Origin: Nitrospirota bacterium
GTDB taxonomy: Bacteria; Nitrospirota; UBA9217
Direction of reading: 5' to 3'
DNA length: 64,000 nucleotides
Assembly: GCA_963754875.1 (NCBI GenBank)
Contig: CAVWHO010000008.1
Span: 256,001 to 320,000 of the forward strand
Shown here: positions 59,678 through 64,000 of the stretch, in pieces
Layout: each line of letters opens with the position of its first letter
How positions within the stretch are numbered: the first letter of the stretch is position 1
Program-made: the position numbers and the translations under genes
Notes under the pieces: generated by a model
What the model saw: only the letters and a program-made list of their open reading frames with translations
Databases searched by the model: none
What the model was told of the DNA's origin: nothing

Positions 59678-60652
59678 CTATTGTTTGCGCAGGTTTTGGG
59701 GCGGAGACAATATCGTGTTGTTCGATACAGTGCCGGTCGGCCTTGACGTCGCAACGGTCAGATCATCGATCCACAGAGACTGATCAACGGGCGACCCGTC
59801 TCCGATGTACGGAGCGATGACGAACTGGTTGAATTTCATAGTTGGATATTGTCCTGTGCGGAAAAGCACGTTATTGTGGCTCATGAGCAAATTACCGTCC
59901 AACCAGTACTGGAGCGAGCCATCTGCCACACCCTTTCCATTCACAATGCTGTTAAGTTTGACATAGGCTTCCACATAGTGCCAATCTCCCTTATAATACG
60001 GCCCCGCAACGTCTTGGAAATACGTGCTGGATGTCCTCCATGTCTTGTCGTTCCGGTAGCCACCTGACGCGGAATAACAATCTTCAGGATCGGAACCATC
60101 TGCCTGACTATAGCCATTACACCCCGCCACCGCACGCTGCTCTGTAGTGTTCGTTAAATCGAGCCCTATTTTCGATTGATCGATATTCAGAACGTCCTGT
60201 ATCGCCATCACCGGCTTACCGCTGTTTTCTTCTATGTAAGCGGTCAGGTGGTCGACGGACAAGCCACAATAATCTCCGCATGCGCCTCCATCCAAGTTTG
60301 AGAGAAGGTAGAACTCGTGGGGATGGTAGGGCAAGCCGGAGCCGACCCAGTTAGGGCTGTGCTTAACATAATAACTGACGTAGACTGCGTCGGTTTCCGT
60401 AAATTTCTTTCGTATTGCGTCTCCCGATATTTCAGGAGTGAGAGCTCCCTTCAGAAAATGGTACTCAACGGAACCGGTGCTTCCCGGGATGTGTTCTATT
60501 GAAGACAGCTTTAACGTTGTACTGTCATACCAACCCCGCTGCACGAAATTAGCATCATCAAACTTTTCTTGAAAAAGCATCGCAGCGGAGCCGGTTCCCG
60601 GTGAAAGCAGGAAGGCCGCAGTTACGAATAGGAGTATGGCTTTCTTTTTCAC
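59678..60652 (-). CDS. Secreted beta-sandwich (polysaccharide lyase/lectin-like) protein ending in PPQNLRKQ
   Basis: GTG start after AGGAGG; signal peptide; WHYVEAYVKLN...DG.LQYWLDG...WIDDLTVAT. Confidence 0.6.
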   Translation of the reverse strand: MKKKAILLFVTAAFLLSPGTGSAAMLFQEKFDDANFVQRGWYDSTTLKLSSIEHIPGSTGSVEYHFLKGALTPEISGDAIRKKFTETDAVYVSYYVKHSPNWVGSGLPYHPHEFYLLSNLDGGACGDYCGLSVDHLTAYIEENSGKPVMAIQDVLNIDQSKIGLDLTNTTEQRAVAGCNGYSQADGSDPEDCYSASGGYRNDKTWRTSSTYFQDVAGPYYKGDWHYVEAYVKLNSIVNGKGVADGSLQYWLDGNLLMSHNNVLFRTGQYPTMKFNQFVIAPYIGDGSPVDQSLWIDDLTVATSRPTGTVSNNTILSPPQNLRKQ

Positions 60653-60775
60653 GATCAAACCTCCTAAAATTCCGCTTGCAGACTTCACGTTGAGGCATCT
60701 TAAGATACGAGTCATTGTCTTTCCGCAAGCTTCATACAAACCAGCTGGATATCAAGCGTTCAAAGCTTTCATTTG

Positions 60776-62098
60776 CTATCTCAAATTGGCCGGTGGAGGA
60801 ATCCGTCCGATGGATTCATTTCCCTTGATGTAAGCTCCCATGACGGTCCCAGCCTGGCCGTTTGCAGGGTAAGACTTGCGCTTGTAATCTGCGACATTCG
60901 TTCCACCGGGCTTCAGGAACTGCGGATCCGTCGTGACTGAATTGGCGTCCAGGCCGGTAGCGGTTGTCCACGCTGCTAGTGGAGAATAATCCGTCGCATA
61001 ATTTAGATTCCACACCCCGCCCGAACTATAGAAATCGTTATAGTTGCTGTAGGAGGGCATGGAGTCGCCAGTATAATACCGTACGAGTGGACTACTAGCG
61101 GATACTAGTTGAATTATATTATTCCAGATTTGATTTGTTCGTGCACTTGGTCCAACTTCTATCCCAGTCCCTTTTCCGTATATCGTGTTATTATAAATCT
61201 GATAATTAGTTTGGTATTCGCCAGCCCCGGAATTAGGGTAAACATCTATTGCGATATAACCATTATTGACCAGCACGTTCTGGTATACTAGATCGCCGCT
61301 CCCACCGACTGCTTCGTCGTTCAGCATTATCCCACTTGTTGTAATAGAATAAAAAAAGTTTTTATATATTTCGTTGTTAACATTTGGGCCTGTTTTTTGC
61401 ATAACTCCGTTCATACAATTATAAATAGTATTGTTATGAACCTTCGCTCCTTTAGCATCAAAAAGCCAGATAGCCGCAGCATTGACGGCATTCGAATTGC
61501 CGGTCATTCCTTGGACGAAATTATTCGAAACCTCGTTATTAGCGGATTGTTCAATCCTTATGGGTGCCGTATTGTCGGGGATGGTGCGTGCGTTCCCCAT
61601 AAATTTGCAATTCTTGACTACGCTTCCCGTTGAGTTCCAATACAAAAATAGCCAGACCTCCCCGGCATTATCGATCGTTGTGCCGGAAAATCCGTCCCAG
61701 ACAATATAGGACACATCCCTTGCACCGAAAGCCGGCATGGAATTAGGGCAGCTTTTGATGACAGGGTTCTCACCGGCATACGCTTTAAATGTTATTGGAT
61801 TTGCAGCAGTGCCTGAGTTTTTAGGCGCGATTCCTATATATTCCCACGTTGATGGGCAGCTTGTCCCGGGGTCATAGGTGCCGCCGCGGAAGTAAACCGT
61901 GTCTCCTGCTGCGGCATTTGCCATAGCTGTCTGCCAGGAGCAGGAGTTATTGATATTAGTACATGCGGACCATGCCGCATTTCCATTGGGCGAAACATAG
62001 TAGGTCGCTGCATTCGATAGCGCCGAAAAAAGAACGATTCCGCCTACAACGATTGTGATAAATAAAAAACCTTTTATCAAGTCTGTTTTGCAGTGCAT
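60776..62098 (-). CDS. Secreted right-handed beta-helix (pectin-lyase-like) protein ending in PPPANLR
   Basis: Signal peptide, ATYYVSPNG, AGDTVYFRGGTY, Asn-ladder repeats; start taken at MHCKTD. Confidence 0.8.
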   Translation of the reverse strand: MHCKTDLIKGFLFITIVVGGIVLFSALSNAATYYVSPNGNAAWSACTNINNSCSWQTAMANAAAGDTVYFRGGTYDPGTSCPSTWEYIGIAPKNSGTAANPITFKAYAGENPVIKSCPNSMPAFGARDVSYIVWDGFSGTTIDNAGEVWLFLYWNSTGSVVKNCKFMGNARTIPDNTAPIRIEQSANNEVSNNFVQGMTGNSNAVNAAAIWLFDAKGAKVHNNTIYNCMNGVMQKTGPNVNNEIYKNFFYSITTSGIMLNDEAVGGSGDLVYQNVLVNNGYIAIDVYPNSGAGEYQTNYQIYNNTIYGKGTGIEVGPSARTNQIWNNIIQLVSASSPLVRYYTGDSMPSYSNYNDFYSSGGVWNLNYATDYSPLAAWTTATGLDANSVTTDPQFLKPGGTNVADYKRKSYPANGQAGTVMGAYIKGNESIGRIPPPANLR

Positions 62099-62185
62099 TT
62101 TCTTTGCCCTTTCCTCTCTCTCGAACGACAATTGTGAGTTAATGAACATCAATCAGTTATTGGAAGGACTGACAACAATACTTGC

Positions 62186-63415
62186 TTAAAGCTTTCCTGA
62201 TCGGACTTGCTGCCTAGCGTATGACCGCGGCAACTCTTTTTGCTGAAAGATCTCTTCGTAAACTTTCTCGGTTTCTTCGACCATTTTATCACTGCTGAAC
62301 ATTTCGACAAACCGTTGTCGGCCTCGTTCCCCCATTTCACGTGCTTTATCTTTGTTCGACAAGCAATAAACGATTGCATCAGCCATACTCTCCGGATCGT
62401 TCAAAGGGACCAGCAAACCGGTTTCGTTCTGGACCACAATTTCTGCGGGACCTCCCAAATTTGTCGCGATGACCGGCTTGCGCATAGCCATCCCCTCCAG
62501 GACAACCAGGCCAAATGGTTCGGGGTCGACGGACGCATGGATTAATATATTTAAAACACTCAGGATGTTCGGGATATCAGTTCTGAAGCCGGTGAAAATT
62601 ATGTTTTCCCCCAAGTTATTGTCCCGAATATAGGTATCAAGTTCTTTTTTATAGTCTTCTGAGCGCTGCGCCACCTTACCGATAATGAGGCACTTAATAT
62701 CAGGGATTATTTTTTTTACTTGCTTAATTGCCTGTAAAACTACGAGCTGCCCTTTCCATCGTATGATGTTGCCGACTATGCCGACCGCAAATTGCCCGTC
62801 TTCAATGCCAAACTCTCTTTTAACCTTATCGACTTCCGTGGGATTGATGTCATTAAATGAATCGACCCTGATGCCGTCATAGACTCTTCTTATTCTTTTC
62901 GGCTTCAGGTGCTGTCGCACGACATTGTCTTTAAAACTGTCGCTTACGCACATAATCACGTCAACAAGACGGACAAACAATTTCGTTTGACTGTTACATG
63001 GATATTCAGTGCCGCGGTCATGCGCCAGAATTTTTATGCCCCATAAAGCGCAAGCCAGCATCCATTCGTGCATACAGGCATAGCCATTGTTTAAATGAAC
63101 AAGATCGGGTTTTATCTCGTCGATGATTTTTTTTAGGGCAAATTGCTTCAGCAGCAGTTTGTCCATTACGCGATAAGGCCATTTTATTACATCTGCGGGG
63201 GTTTTGAGTGGGATGCTTTGTGAAGGGCCGAAATTATTGATGTAGACATGAGGCGTCACTTTTCTGAATTCAGGGACCAGCATGTTATCCTGACAGAATA
63301 TAATGTGCAGTTCGTATTTGGATTTATTCAGCCCCTGCATCAAATACAGCAGGCTGTAATAGGAACCTCCGACCGTTCCATCTCTATTTGATTCGATAAA
63401 CAATATTCTTTTCAT
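62186..63415 (-). CDS. Family 4 glycosyltransferase
   Basis: GNIIRWKG, EPFGLVVLEG. Confidence 0.92.
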   Translation of the reverse strand: MKRILFIESNRDGTVGGSYYSLLYLMQGLNKSKYELHIIFCQDNMLVPEFRKVTPHVYINNFGPSQSIPLKTPADVIKWPYRVMDKLLLKQFALKKIIDEIKPDLVHLNNGYACMHEWMLACALWGIKILAHDRGTEYPCNSQTKLFVRLVDVIMCVSDSFKDNVVRQHLKPKRIRRVYDGIRVDSFNDINPTEVDKVKREFGIEDGQFAVGIVGNIIRWKGQLVVLQAIKQVKKIIPDIKCLIIGKVAQRSEDYKKELDTYIRDNNLGENIIFTGFRTDIPNILSVLNILIHASVDPEPFGLVVLEGMAMRKPVIATNLGGPAEIVVQNETGLLVPLNDPESMADAIVYCLSNKDKAREMGERGRQRFVEMFSSDKMVEETEKVYEEIFQQKELPRSYARQQVRSGKL

Positions 63416-63428
63416 AACTGCCGCCTCC

Positions 63429-64000
63429 TTAGCTCGAAGACAACGAGGACGCACATGTATTCTTGAATTTTGCCCACGCAGTATTCAAATCGCGTTTGAG
63501 TGATGACCGCAGGCTTTCGAGCGCGCTGCCGGGAATCATCAGCATGACGGCCGCATAGGTCAAAGCGCCTGCAGAAACGATTGCAATGAGATTCATCAAT
63601 GTATAGCGAGTGATGAACAATGCATAGATAGATTTCACGCACAGCAGCATGACGGCACAGCCGATGAGAGCCGGAACAACGCAATTTGTAAAATCCCTCC
63701 AGGAAAGCGGGATTTTTTCCCGGATGATACCGATGCCAATGAAAAACGTCACTAAGGCGTATATCACCGCCCCCAGAGCAACCGCGACAATCCCCCATCT
63801 GACGAGGACGAGCCAGAGGATGAAGAGCAGACCGGTCGCTATCATCAACCGGACCGTGTATTTTTGATAATTACCGATATTCACGGCCGCGGTCAGGAAC
63901 AGGCCGGAGAACGAAGCAAATATCCCGCTGATGCACATGATCTTTAAGGGAATGATCATGGCATTCCATTTTTCTCCCAGAATGATTGGGACGAAATGGT
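63429..64000 (-). CDS. Wzx-like polysaccharide flippase (5' part outside the window)
   Basis: Frame open to the window edge (FVPIILGEKW...); serial transmembrane helices; glycosyltransferase context. Confidence 0.7.
   Translation of the reverse strand, partial: HFVPIILGEKWNAMIIPLKIMCISGIFASFSGLFLTAAVNIGNYQKYTVRLMIATGLLFILWLVLVRWGIVAVALGAVIYALVTFFIGIGIIREKIPLSWRDFTNCVVPALIGCAVMLLCVKSIYALFITRYTLMNLIAIVSAGALTYAAVMLMIPGSALESLRSSLKRDLNTAWAKFKNTCASSLSSS

Overview
Bacterial chromosomal window, mostly minus-strand genes. The gene set suggests an anaerobic or microaerobic Gram-negative, possibly Nitrospirota- or Desulfobacterota-like (inference only). In order along the window: (1) methylcitrate-cycle genes prpB/prpC with a sigma54 promoter and a PAS-AAA+ activator; (2) a FixI/CcoI-type Cu ATPase cluster; (3) a LytS/LytTR pair followed by an ABC/LolA-like/outer-membrane module; (4) an accessory region (about 15-21.8 kb) with integron attC sites, an attI-like site and a strong cassette-facing promoter but no integrase, interleaved with GTAG-type REP elements; (5) tandem cobalamin riboswitches before bzaF; (6) a molybdenum/tungsten locus (Moco enzyme, two tupA, modABC, LysR); (7) pdhABC; (8) a membrane-bound group 1 [NiFe]-hydrogenase with unusual Fe-S ligands and a HypC-HypA fusion; (9) rhlE, a diguanylate cyclase and Crp; (10) a surface-polysaccharide cluster. 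Best candidate for an undescribed system: in that cluster two lipoproteins end in FnIII domains lacking the A strand, while two secreted carbohydrate-active proteins end in an isolated PPxNLR peptide resembling that strand. This suggests docking by strand complementation (hypothesis). Four genes between 10.7 and 28.5 kb are frameshifted, possibly through assembly errors. No rRNA, tRNA or CRISPR array was seen.
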